A stretch of DNA of 64,000 bases from an uncultured Phycisphaerales bacterium (GTDB taxonomy: Bacteria > Planctomycetota > Phycisphaerae > Tepidisphaerales > Tepidisphaeraceae): contig CAWJPJ010000004.1 in assembly GCA_963844715.1 (NCBI GenBank), positions 1 through 64,000 on the forward strand, given 5' to 3'. Position 1 is the stretch's first letter; each line of letters begins with the position of its first letter. Shown one piece after another: positions 54,471-64,000 of this stretch. The notes under the pieces are model-generated. The model was given only the letters and a program-made list of their open reading frames with translations. It ran no database searches and had not been told where the DNA came from. The position numbers were made by a program, and so were the translations under genes.

Positions 54471-54541
54471 TGGAGCGACGGGGAATCGAACCCCGATTTG
54501 CTGAATGCGATTCAGCCGTCATCCCGTTAGACCATCGCCCC
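54471..54541 (-). tRNA. tRNA-Ala (anticodon CGC), CCA not encoded
   Basis: GGGGCGA/TCGCTCC acceptor stem with G3:U70, discriminator A73, GCTGA-ATCGCAT-TCAGC anticodon arm, CGGGG-TTCGATT-CCCCG T arm. Confidence 0.93.
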
Positions 54542-54768
54542 GGGAAAAATTGTAGGTGGGCCATTCTAGAACACCCTATTGGAGGGTCAAGTTTGGCGAA
54601 AAAGCGATGGAAAATGAGGAAATGAACGGTTTACATCAAAATAAGTGAAACAATCGGCCCGTTTGGCAGTTTATTTCTTTGACGAGGGAAATTATGCAGT
54701 CCTATGGTTCATATAGCGTGTCTGAAGATATGAATACTCGTGCTCCTGTCGATTCGAAGGAGAGCCGT

Positions 54769-55095
54769 ATGCAAAATGTGGAGTCGGTCGTCGGCCAGGA
54801 TGTCGAACAACTGACTAATCTGTTTCGTCTTTTGTCCGACCGGACCCGGCTGAATATTCTGCTCACTCTGGCCGAGGGGGAGCGGAACGTGGGTAGTTTG
54901 TGCCACGAATTAGGTTTGCCGCAGCCCACTGTGAGCCATCACCTGGGCCTTTTGCGCGTGAACAACATCATCACCAATCACCGCAAGGGGAAGCAGGTTT
55001 ATTACTCGCTGGGCGGCGCGGTCAGCAGAGACGACGCGGGGTTGCAGACCAGCGTTGAGAATTACGCGGTGAAGATTTCCAAGAAGCCGGCGTAA
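54769..55095 (+). CDS. ArsR/SmtB-family transcriptional regulator
   Basis: FRLLSDRTRLNIL, PQPTVSHHLGLLR, RKGKQVYYSL; AAGGAG RBS. Confidence 0.93.
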   Translation: MQNVESVVGQDVEQLTNLFRLLSDRTRLNILLTLAEGERNVGSLCHELGLPQPTVSHHLGLLRVNNIITNHRKGKQVYYSLGGAVSRDDAGLQTSVENYAVKISKKPA

Positions 55096-55112
55096 CGTTG
55101 GCCGGGGGGCAT

Positions 55113-55134
55113 CCGGTGGAACGAGTTCCACCGG
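55113..55134. terminator. Hairpin between the convergent arsR and ABC ATPase genes
   Basis: ccggtggaac-ga-gttccaccgg. Confidence 0.45.
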
Positions 55135-55141
55135 CTTCGCG

Positions 55142-56095
55142 TCAGGCGGGGGGGTCGTCTCGGAATATTCGGCCTGTGGCTTCGATGAAGACGTCTTCCA
55201 GGGTGGGTTTTCCAACCGAGACGGAATCGATGAGGCCGGGCATGGCCTCGATTAATTGCGGAACAAATTCGTAACCGCGCTGCCGCTCAAGGCGAACGAC
55301 ACCATCCAGCGCTTCGGCTTTCAAATTAAATTTTTCGAGGATCGTTTGAGCAACCACCGCCGGCTGCGCGCTGTGGAGTGTGATGACGTCGCCGCCGATG
55401 CGCTCCTTGAGCGCGGCGGGCGAGTCGCAGGCGGCTAGTTTGCCGTGATCGACGATTGCGAGCCGGGAGCATCGATCGCCCTCGTCCATCAGGTGCGTTG
55501 TTAGCAAGACCGTCACACCGTCGTTTTGCTGGACTTCGTGAAGATATCGCCAGAGATCGATTCTGGCGGTGGGGTCGAGGCCGGTGCTCGGTTCGTCGAG
55601 TAATAAAACCTTCGGGCGGTTGAGCATTCCCTTGGCGAGTTCGACGCGGCGGCGCATGCCGCCGGAAAATCCCTCGACGCGATCGCGGCGCCGATCGGCC
55701 AGGCCGACGCGATCCAGAAGTTGATTGATGCGTTGTTTTAGTTCCGCGCCGTGCAGGCCGTAGAGATGTCCCTGGTGGCGGAGGTTTTCCTCGGCGGTCA
55801 ACTGCTTGTCGAGACTTGGGGATTGGAAGACCACGCCGATCTGGCGGCGAAGCTCATCGCGATTTGCGCGCAAGTCGAGTCCGAGCATGGTTACTTTGCC
55901 GGGCTCGACGGGAATGAGCGTGCTGAGAATTCTAAAGAGGGTGGTTTTGCCGCTGCCGTTGGGACCGAGGAATCCGAAGATTTCGCCGCGGCGGACTTCG
56001 AGGGAAAGATCGTCCAATGCCAGGCGCGGCGGCTTGACGCCGTAGTCGTGGCTCAGGTGGTCGACTCGAACGATGGTGGTGTCGGTTTCGCTCAC
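55142..56095 (-). CDS. ABC transporter ATP-binding protein (DrrA-like)
   Basis: GPNGSGKTT, FSGGMRRR, LLLDEP, TTH, PTLEDVF. Confidence 0.94.
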   Translation of the reverse strand: MSETDTTIVRVDHLSHDYGVKPPRLALDDLSLEVRRGEIFGFLGPNGSGKTTLFRILSTLIPVEPGKVTMLGLDLRANRDELRRQIGVVFQSPSLDKQLTAEENLRHQGHLYGLHGAELKQRINQLLDRVGLADRRRDRVEGFSGGMRRRVELAKGMLNRPKVLLLDEPSTGLDPTARIDLWRYLHEVQQNDGVTVLLTTHLMDEGDRCSRLAIVDHGKLAACDSPAALKERIGGDVITLHSAQPAVVAQTILEKFNLKAEALDGVVRLERQRGYEFVPQLIEAMPGLIDSVSVGKPTLEDVFIEATGRIFRDDPPA

Positions 56096-56817
56096 GGCAA
56101 TTGGAAAACGAACTTCACGTCGCTGGTGCTCGAATCCGACACGGTAATGCTTTGCTGCTGCTGGGGCAAAGCCTCATGCCAGGCGGCCAGCGTGTAGTTG
56201 CCGGGCGGGACGTGGGAGATCGTGAAGCTTCCGTCGGAGGAGGTCACGGCGAAATACGGGTGGTTGAATACGCCGATCCAGGCGGTCATCCAGGGGTGAA
56301 CGTCGCATTTCACGCGAAAGGGCGGCTCCGGGTCTTGCAGGGTGATTTGCTTCGAGCTGGGGCTTGAGAAGGCGAAATTAAAGGGGGGATTTTGTACATC
56401 CTGAAACTGGACATTGTGCATGCACGTATCGCTCGATTTGATGATCAACGGCTGGCCGGTTTGGACGGCCAGAACATGGGGGACGTAAACGCAATTGACC
56501 TGATCGAGGACGGCGGGGGGCTTGCCCGTGGCGGGTTTGGGGTCTTCGGGGGCGTTGGCGAGAAAGACGATGACATTTTGGATGCCGCCGCTGGGGTCGC
56601 ACACGAGCGTTTCATCCTTGATTTGCGGAGAACCGGGAATCAATAGTTGCGTCGGGGGAGTGCCGGCTAGAACGACTTTGCCCGTGATGGTTCCGCTGCC
56701 GGCCGTGGGATTCACGTCCGCGGAAACGGAAGACGGTTGTGAACCGCGCCCGCACCCGGCAAGCAGGGCGGGGAGCAAAACAAGCGTCACAATCGGATAT
56801 CTCAAAAAGCCGCGCAC
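56092..56817 (-). CDS. Lipoprotein with cupredoxin-like and carboxypeptidase-regulatory-like domains
   Basis: LLAGC lipobox; LDQVNCVYVPHV, HNV, KCDVHPWM, PPGNYTLAAWHE. Confidence 0.8.
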   Translation of the reverse strand: MRGFLRYPIVTLVLLPALLAGCGRGSQPSSVSADVNPTAGSGTITGKVVLAGTPPTQLLIPGSPQIKDETLVCDPSGGIQNVIVFLANAPEDPKPATGKPPAVLDQVNCVYVPHVLAVQTGQPLIIKSSDTCMHNVQFQDVQNPPFNFAFSSPSSKQITLQDPEPPFRVKCDVHPWMTAWIGVFNHPYFAVTSSDGSFTISHVPPGNYTLAAWHEALPQQQQSITVSDSSTSDVKFVFQLP

Positions 56818-56822
56818 CGGGT

Positions 56823-57729
56823 TCAGGTCCGATCCAACATAAGCATCGTGAGCAAAATCGGCAGATAAATGATCGAGGCCAGGAAAAGTCTACGTGCGTC
56901 AAGACGAGTTCGGCGGATCGCGGCGCCGGCTGCGAAATACATCAGCGCCAGGCCCAGGATCATGGCGGAAACAAAATAGAGGCGTCCGGAGATGCCGAGC
57001 ATCGCGGGGACGAGCGTGATGGGGATCAGCGCGGCGGCGTAAAACAGAATCTGCCGCCCGGTCATTCGCCCGCTGCTGTCGATGACCGGCAGCATCTGGA
57101 ATCCGCCTTTGCGATAGTCTTCGCGATAAAGAACGGCAATCGCCAGGAAATGCGGAATCTGCCAGATGAAGAGGATGGCGAACATCGCGACGGCGGCGGG
57201 GGCGAGAGAACCGGTGATGGCCGTCCAGCCCATGACGGGGGGAATCGCACCGGGGATCGCGCCGACGACCGTGTTCAAGCTGGTGCGGCGTTTTAGGGGG
57301 GTGTAAAGCAAAACGTAGCTGGCGAGCGTGAACGTGCCCAGAGCGGCGGTCAATGTATTGACGAAGAAGTAGAGGATCAGGCCGCCGAGAAGTCCGCAGA
57401 TCAGGCCCAGCAAGAGCGCGTTTTTTGTGCCGATGCGCCGAGTGGGGAGGGGTCGGTTGGCGGTTCGAACCATGAGGCCGTCGTAGCGGCGTTCGATGAC
57501 CTGATTGAGGATGCTGGCCGCCGCGGCGCACACGCGCGGTGCCGATCATCGTGCAGGGGAGGCGATGCCAATCGGCGGGAACTTGCGCCGCCATGCAGCA
57601 GCCGACCATGGTCGTTCCCAAAACCAGTAGATTCATGCGGGGGCGGATGAGGACCAGGAGATCGGCCAGGCGCGAGGGCCGGGCGGTGATCGGCACGGGA
57701 GAAGAGAGAATGGTTTCGGCGGTACTCAT
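56823..57729 (-). CDS. ctaB: Protoheme IX farnesyltransferase (heme O synthase; frameshift near 57535)
   Basis: NQVIERRYDGLMVRTANRPLP, YTPLKR, GAIPPVMGW, WQIPHF, DY..GG. Confidence 0.93.
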
Positions 57730-58795
57730 TGCGGCGATAACTCAAATTCCGAATCGTGCGTACTTGGTACGGCCGACCGAACCTGCCGGCGGTGGGGGAT
57801 CGACCTCAGCAGAGCCACCGACCGAATTACCGTGATCCAGCAAACCATGAGCACGAGCGAGCCTACGGCGAGGTGCAGCGACGCGATATCGGCCGGTTTA
57901 CGCAGAAGCACGGTCAGGATACCGAGGGTGATCTGAGTTGGAATCAGCGCGATGAGCATCCACGCCGGGCGCGTCAGCGCCGATTGACTCGGGACGCGGC
58001 GCAGGATCGTAAACACCAGCCAGCCGGTGGCAATCGTGACCAAGAGCGCGCCGATGCGATGCGCGAAGTGAATCCAGATCTGAAAAAGCGTGACGCGATT
58101 CAGTCCCAGATCGACTCCGAAACGATGGATCGCCTCGCGGCGGAAGGCGTCGTTTATCGCCAGCGGGGGAAGAATCTTGCCGAAGCTCAACGGGAAATCG
58201 GGAATTGCCAGCCCCGCGTCGTTGTGCCGCATGACGGCGCCGATGAGGAGTTGAACCGCCACGGTGATCGAGGCGGCGATCGCCAGGGCCATGACCTGGG
58301 CGACCGCGACGGTCTGCTCGGGGCGAAGATCTTTTGGCGTGGTCCAGAAACGCGAAGTCATGACGCAATACGTCGCCATGAAGCAGAAGACGAGTTGCTG
58401 CGCAGCCGTGGACGATGGCCAGGTCGCGCTCGATTGAGAACAACGCGCAGGCCGCCGAGCACGCCCTGAAACAACACGGCAAAGAAGATTCCCAAGGCCG
58501 TGAAGCGAACCCACCGGCGGCGGTCGGTTCTCCACGCGACGATTACCAGCAGGATGGAAAGGAATCCGACCAGCGTGGCCAGCAGGCGGTGGGTGTGCTC
58601 GAAGAAGATTCCCCCGACCCATTTGCTGGGGGGGAAGGTGAACATGTTGTATCCCCAGGAATTGGGCCAGTCCGGAACGCTCATCCCCGCACCGTGACTG
58701 GTGACGAGGCCACCGAGGAAAATGAGCGGGAACGTGGCGACGGCGGTGAGCAGCGCCATGACGTGCAGCCGGGAATTGAAGTGATGGCGTTCCAC
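57726..58795 (-). CDS. ctaA: Heme A synthase (COX15/CtaA; frameshift near 58430)
   Basis: GGLVTSHGAGMSVPDWP, EHTHR, GLAIPDFP, HFAHR, SLH. Confidence 0.9.
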
Positions 58796-58927
58796 GGGTC
58801 CGATAAAGGCCAATTGCGTTCCGGAAGATCGACTATAGGACAATGCCGCAACTGGAACAAGGTCAGAACCTGAATCCTGTGGCGTCGGTTAGCCGATTAA
58901 TAGAGGACTACGAACCGGAGTTTATCT

Positions 58928-59617
58928 ATGCGCAGACTAACGGCGGCGATTTTGGCGGCGGCGGCACTGGGAATGTGGGGCTGCTCGAGCAGCCATACTC
59001 AATCAACCGAGTCGGCTCAGCAGCAGTCGCTGCGAGAAGCGGATGAGAAAGCCACGATGGACCTGGGCAAGACGCCCATCACCGCCAATACGCGATTCGC
59101 GGCGGGGCAAATGGCTGAGTCGGAAGGGAATTACGCAGCCGCTGTTGTGCAGTATCAGTACGCCGTCAAGCTCAACCCGAAGCACGAACTGGCGCTTTAT
59201 CGCTTGGGCGTCATCTTTACGCAGTTCAAGCAATTCGATCAGGCGATCAGCGCCTGGCAGCAGTATGTGATCGCGACCAACCAGGCCGCCGGCGCATACG
59301 GAAATCTCGGATTCTGCTACGAGTTGTCGGGCAAGCCGGCTCTGGCGGAGTCCACCTATCAGACCGGCCTGAAACACGAATACCTGAATTTATTGTGCCG
59401 GACCAACTACGGCCTGATGCTGGCGCGGCAGGGCCGCACGCAGGATGCGGAGAGCATCTGGCGTCCGGTTCTGAGCGATGCGCAGATTCACTACAACTTT
59501 GCCAGCGTGTATCAGCTCGAAGGCCGCAAAACCCAGGCGAAAGCGGAGTATCAGCGGGCCTTGGACCTTGATCCGAACTTAACCGACGCCCAACAGAGGC
59601 TCGCGTCGCTCGAATAG
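58928..59617 (+). CDS. TPR-repeat lipoprotein
   Basis: MWGC lipobox; TPR units (YRLGVIF, YGNLGFCY, HYNFASVY). Confidence 0.88.
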   Translation: MRRLTAAILAAAALGMWGCSSSHTQSTESAQQQSLREADEKATMDLGKTPITANTRFAAGQMAESEGNYAAAVVQYQYAVKLNPKHELALYRLGVIFTQFKQFDQAISAWQQYVIATNQAAGAYGNLGFCYELSGKPALAESTYQTGLKHEYLNLLCRTNYGLMLARQGRTQDAESIWRPVLSDAQIHYNFASVYQLEGRKTQAKAEYQRALDLDPNLTDAQQRLASLE

Positions 59618-59637
59618 GTTTGTGAGATCGCAAACAG

Positions 59638-59673
59638 AGCCGGCGGATAACCATCCGCCGGCTTTCTTTTTTT
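59638..59673 (+). terminator. Intrinsic terminator
   Basis: agccggcggat-aacc-atccgccggct followed by ttcttttttt. Confidence 0.8.
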
Positions 59674-59840
59674 GTGCGGAGGGTTTCTTGCGGGATTGCA
59701 ATCTGGTCGTGAATATGTAAATTTCCGCGTGCGACCAAATGCCACACCCGTTCGGTATCGCTGTTGAGACGGGGTGTCGATAAGATCGCGGCCGTTGTTG
59801 CGAATGGATGGCGCTGACGCCCGGGACTTAGACATTTCCG

Positions 59841-60521
59841 ATGCAGCACGAGTGGTACGAAAAACCCTTTGTCTTCCCCAAGTGGGCGAATTACCTGCTT
59901 CCAGCCATAGTGATTGGGGCAATCGGCGGCATGTTTTATGTGCCGACGGTGGTGGACCTCGGTGCGTCGCCGCTGACGCTGGCGGTGGGGTACTCGCCGG
60001 TTCAGCCGGTGCCGTATAGTCACGCCCTTCACGCCGGAACGCTGGGGATTGACTGCCGGTATTGCCACACGACGGTTGAAAAGGCCGCCTTCGCCGCTCT
60101 GCCCCCGACGGAAACCTGCATGAACTGCCACACCAATATCCGCAATCAGAGCAACAAGCTGCTGCCGATCCGCCAGAGCTGGGCGACGGGTAAGCCCGTC
60201 GAGTGGGTGCGGGTGCATCAGCTTCCGGATTACGTTTACTTCAATCACAGCGCCCACGTCATGCACGGCGTCGGCTGCATCGAATGCCACGGGCGCATCG
60301 ACCGGATGGAGCAGGTCTATCAGGCCAAGCCGCTGAGCATGGGATGGTGCCTGGAATGCCATCGCGATCCGGGCCCGCATCTGCGGCCGCCCGATGTTTC
60401 TCCAACCGACATGAATTGGGTCCCCGGCGATAATCCCGAAGTTTTAGCGCAACAGCTTATTCAGGTGTATGGGATCCACGACAAGGCGTATATGACCAGT
60501 TGTTCGACGTGCCATCGATAA
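59841..60521 (+). CDS. actA: Alternative complex III pentaheme cytochrome c subunit
   Basis: N-terminal TM; five CxxCH motifs (CRYCH, CMNCH, CIECH, CLECH, CSTCH); QPVPYSH, LPDYVYFNH. Confidence 0.92.
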   Translation: MQHEWYEKPFVFPKWANYLLPAIVIGAIGGMFYVPTVVDLGASPLTLAVGYSPVQPVPYSHALHAGTLGIDCRYCHTTVEKAAFAALPPTETCMNCHTNIRNQSNKLLPIRQSWATGKPVEWVRVHQLPDYVYFNHSAHVMHGVGCIECHGRIDRMEQVYQAKPLSMGWCLECHRDPGPHLRPPDVSPTDMNWVPGDNPEVLAQQLIQVYGIHDKAYMTSCSTCHR

Positions 60522-60527
60522 TGAAAC

Positions 60528-63500
60528 ATGAAGCATCACGCTAGACAACGTGACTATTGGCGAAGCCTGGAGCACCTGGCGCAGACGCCGGAAATCCGCG
60601 CCATGGCGGAGAACGAATTCAGCGAGTACGACCCGGCGGAGATGCTGAAGCTGCCGGCCGTGACGCGGCGGCGATTCGTTCAGCTCATGAGCGCGTCGAT
60701 GGCATTGGCGGGTCTGACGCTGAGCGGATGCCGGCGCTGGCCGCAGGATAAGCTCGCGCCTTACACCAGCAATCCGGCCAGTCGAATTCCGGGAATCCCG
60801 GAGCAATACGCGACGGTGATGGAAATCAACGGCGTCGCCAGCCCGCTGCTGGTCACGAGCTTCGACGGGCGGCCCGATCAAGATCGAGGGGAATCCTACC
60901 CATCCCTATTCGCAAACCGTCGCCGGGAAACTCGGCTCGGCGGATGCGATGGCGCAGGCCTCGGTGTTGGAGTTGTACGATCCGGATCGGCTTACTTCAG
61001 TGATCGACCGCACGGGTTCACCCGACAAGATGTCCGATTGGGACGCCCTTGCCGCGGCGTTGCGCGGGGCGATGAGCAGCCTGCCGGGCGACTCAATGCA
61101 GGGCTTGGCGATATTGAGCCAGGCGACGAGCAGCCCGACCCGCGAGCGATTGCGCGAACAAATCGCCAGGAAATACGGCAAAATTCAGTGGGTTGAATTC
61201 GAATCTCTCAGCCGGGACAACGAGACGGCCGGCAGCATTCTGGCGCTGGGCAAGCCGGCCCGGCAGGTGCTGCATCTCGATAAGGCGTCGGTGGTGGTCT
61301 GTCTGGATGCCGATCCGCTTTTGACGCATCCGGCGCACACGAAATATTCCAGTGATTGGGCCAGCCGGCGCCGCTCGGCGGACACCGGGTCGATGAACCG
61401 CGTTTATGTCGCCGAAAGCACGCTGACGACGACCGGCTCTGTCGCCGATGTGCGCTTAGGCGTTCTGCCTTCGCGGATCAGTCCGATCCTGGCGGCATTG
61501 GCGGCCAAGTTGGGCGTGGGAAGTTCATCCGGGCAGCTTTCGGACGATGAACAGGATTTCGTTAATCGAGCCGCCGCGGATATTTCGGCGCACGGGTCTT
61601 CTTCCGTCGTCGTGCTGGGGAGTTACATTTCTCCGCAGGATCACGCCGTGGCGCTCGCCCTGAACAACGCGATCGGCGCGATCGGCAATACGCTGACGCT
61701 GCACGAAATTCCGATCGATCAGCGGCCGGATCATTTCGCGGCTCTGGGGCAGCTTGCCGATCAGATGAAATCCGGGGCGGTGACGACGCTGATCATGCTC
61801 GGCGGCAATCCCGTTTATGATTCCCCGGCCGATATTGATTTCGTCGGGGCGCTGAAGGCCGTTCCCAATTCGATTCATCTGACTCTTTACGACAACGAAA
61901 CAACGCAGCTTTGCAAATGGGCGGTTCCGCAGGCGCATTATCTGGAATCGTGGTCGGACGCGCGGGCCTGGGATGGGACGGTCAGCGTCGTTCAGCCTTT
62001 GATTGAACCGCTCTACGGCGGGCAGACGCCGGAGCAATTGCTTGCATTCATCGCAGGCGAAAAACAAACGGATAGCGACGTATTGGTCCGCTCGACATTC
62101 AGCAGTCTCCTGCCGGCGGGGGACGCGGATGCGGATTATCGCCGCGTGCTCAACGACGGGATGCTCTCAGGGAGCGCTTATCCGCAAATCAGCGCGACGA
62201 TTCAGCCGCTGGTTACAGCAGCTCCCGCCGCGACGGCAGCCTCGGGGATGGAAATCCGTTTCCTCGCCAGCCCATATCTTTACGACGGCAGATTCGCCGG
62301 CAGCGGGTGGCTTCAGGAAATGCCCAATCCGCTGACCAAACTGGTTTGGGACAACGCCGCCCTGATTTCAAAGGCCGATGCGGATCAAATGGGAGTCGAA
62401 CTCGGCGACATGCTCCAGATCACGCTGGACGGGCGCTCACTTCAGATTCCGGCGTTTATTCTGCCGGGCCAGCCCAAAGGCGTGATTGGTCTGACCCTTG
62501 GCTACGGCCGGAGTGCGGCGGGGCACATCGGCACGGGCGTCGGGGTCAATGTAAATGTTATTCGCTCGGGCGCGCACGCTTTCGCGGCGTCGGGCGCCAA
62601 AGTCGTCAAGACCGGCGAGACCTACAGCCTTGTAACCACTCAGGATTACCACCTCCTCGACTCGTTGGGCATCAAACAGCGGCAGGAACAGGTCGGCGAG
62701 AAGAAATTCCACAGCGGCGAGATCATCAAGGAAGCGACGCTTGCCGAATATTCGGCCGATCCGGCGCTCTTTCAGCGCAAGGACGATGGGAGTCTGGCGC
62801 TTCAGCTTTGGCAGCCGCCGAACACCTTTAACGATCCGCACGCCTGGGGGATGGCGATCGACTTGGGCAGTTGCATCGGGTGTCACGCTTGCGTGGTCGC
62901 CTGCCAGGCGGAGAACAACATTCCGATCGTGGGCAAGGATCAAGTCGAGCGCAATCGCGAAATGCACTGGATTCGCATCGACCGCTATTTCAAGGGAGAG
63001 GCGGACGATCCGAATCCGGAGGTTGTCTATCAGCCGCTTACGTGCCAGCAGTGCGAAAACGCGCCGTGCGAGCAGGTCTGCCCCGTGGGGGCGACGATGC
63101 ACGACACCGAAGGGCTGAACGTGATGGTTTACAACCGTTGCGTCGGCACGCGATATTGCAGCAACAACTGCCCCTACAAAGTCCGCCGGTTCAATTATCT
63201 GGATTGGCAAAGCCAGGACCCGCGGAACGACAAATATCCGAAGCCGTATTTGAATATCCCGGACCAGCAGCAATTGGAACAGGTGAATCAGATCAAGCGG
63301 ATGGTCTTTAATCCGGAAGTGACGCTCCGCATGCGCGGCGTGATGGAAAAGTGCACCTTCTGCGTGCAGCGCATTCACGTCACGCAGACGGCCAAGAGAG
63401 CCGCCGGCGAGGAATTGGCCGACGGCGATATCGTGACGGCCTGCCAGCAGGCTTGCCCGACGCAGGCGATCGTCTTCGGCGATTTGAACGATCCGAATTC

Positions 63501-63609
63501 GAAGGTCTCACAATGGCATCAGAACAATCGGGCCTTTGCCCTGTTGGATGCCGATTTGAATACCCGGCCGCGCAACCGGTTTTTGGCGAAGATCAGTAAT
63601 CCGGCATAA
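60528..63609 (+). CDS. actB: Alternative complex III ActB (molybdopterin-oxidoreductase-like plus Fe-S domains; frameshift near 60877)
   Basis: YWRSLEHL, Tat motif TRRRF, LSGC; CIGCHACVVACQAENN, CQQCENAPCEQVCP, CVGTRYCSNNCPY, EKCTFC. Confidence 0.93.
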
Positions 63610-63630
63610 CCAAGCCGGCAGGATGTGCAG

Positions 63631-64000
63631 ATGGACAGCGAAGCTTCAGCACTGTTTGCCAATATTGCCCGCCAGCACGACGCGGACAACACGACGGACG
63701 ATCCGCGCTTCCGCGCGCCGCTGGTGGTCGGCGGGAATGATCTCGGCGGGGTGACGGCGACGGTCGCCGGCGTTTCCGAGCGGAAGCCGCCGCCGGCGTG
63801 GTATGTCGCGTTCGCCATTTCGCTGAGCCTGCTGGGCCTGCTCGGATTCTGCATCGCGTATTTGTTCCTCACGGGCGTCGGGGTTTGGGGAAACAATCAG
63901 CCGGCGGCGTGGGGCTTTGGCATCGTCAATTTCGTTTTTTGGGTCGGAATCGGGCACGCCGGCACGCTCATCAGCGCGATTCTGTTTCTATTCCGGCAGA
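63631..64000 (+). CDS. actC: Alternative complex III ActC (NrfD family), runs off the window
   Basis: GVGVWGNNQPAAWGFGIVNFVFWVGIGHAGTLISAILFLFRQ. Confidence 0.93.
   Translation, partial: MDSEASALFANIARQHDADNTTDDPRFRAPLVVGGNDLGGVTATVAGVSERKPPPAWYVAFAISLSLLGLLGFCIAYLFLTGVGVWGNNQPAAWGFGIVNFVFWVGIGHAGTLISAILFLFRQ

Noticed and set aside
54471..54541. tRNA-Cys (GCA) reading of the anticodon loop
   Set aside because: The 7-nt loop ATCGCAT centres on CGC, and G3:U70 with A73 are alanine identity elements

Overview
GC-rich bacterial chromosomal segment, most likely Planctomycetota (Phycisphaerae/Tepidisphaerales-like; inferred from gene content and protein style, not from a search). Many essential genes carry single-base frameshifts in GC runs, which points to an error-prone long-read assembly, so split ORFs were rejoined by homology. 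In order, the window holds an IS630 element; a murI, HEAT lipoprotein, Zn-dehydrogenase and QueC-like gene run; a MacA/MacB-permease pair with an IS5-family element inserted just upstream; a ~1500-aa PATR-repeat PEP-CTERM surface protein and three orphan genes; the S10-spc ribosomal protein operon (no rpmD, no adk) running into map-argB-argF; a GT2 gene with a BshC-like partner; an orphan HicB; lepA; a SPINDLY-like GT41; folP-cdaA-cdaR; pgsA; a fatty acid desaturase; an RRM protein; a decayed island at tRNA-Ala(CGC) with a large serine recombinase remnant and repeated att-like sites; heme A/O synthases; and the start of an alternative complex III operon (actABC). Best leads: the cassette-like att repeats at tRNA-Ala, a terminator plus three-way-junction RNA between rpsJ and rplC, REP-like palindromes read in-frame inside a lipoprotein signal peptide, the GT2/BshC-like pair, QueC and DAC proteins with altered catalytic motifs, and palindromic elements built from 7- and 9-nt units.
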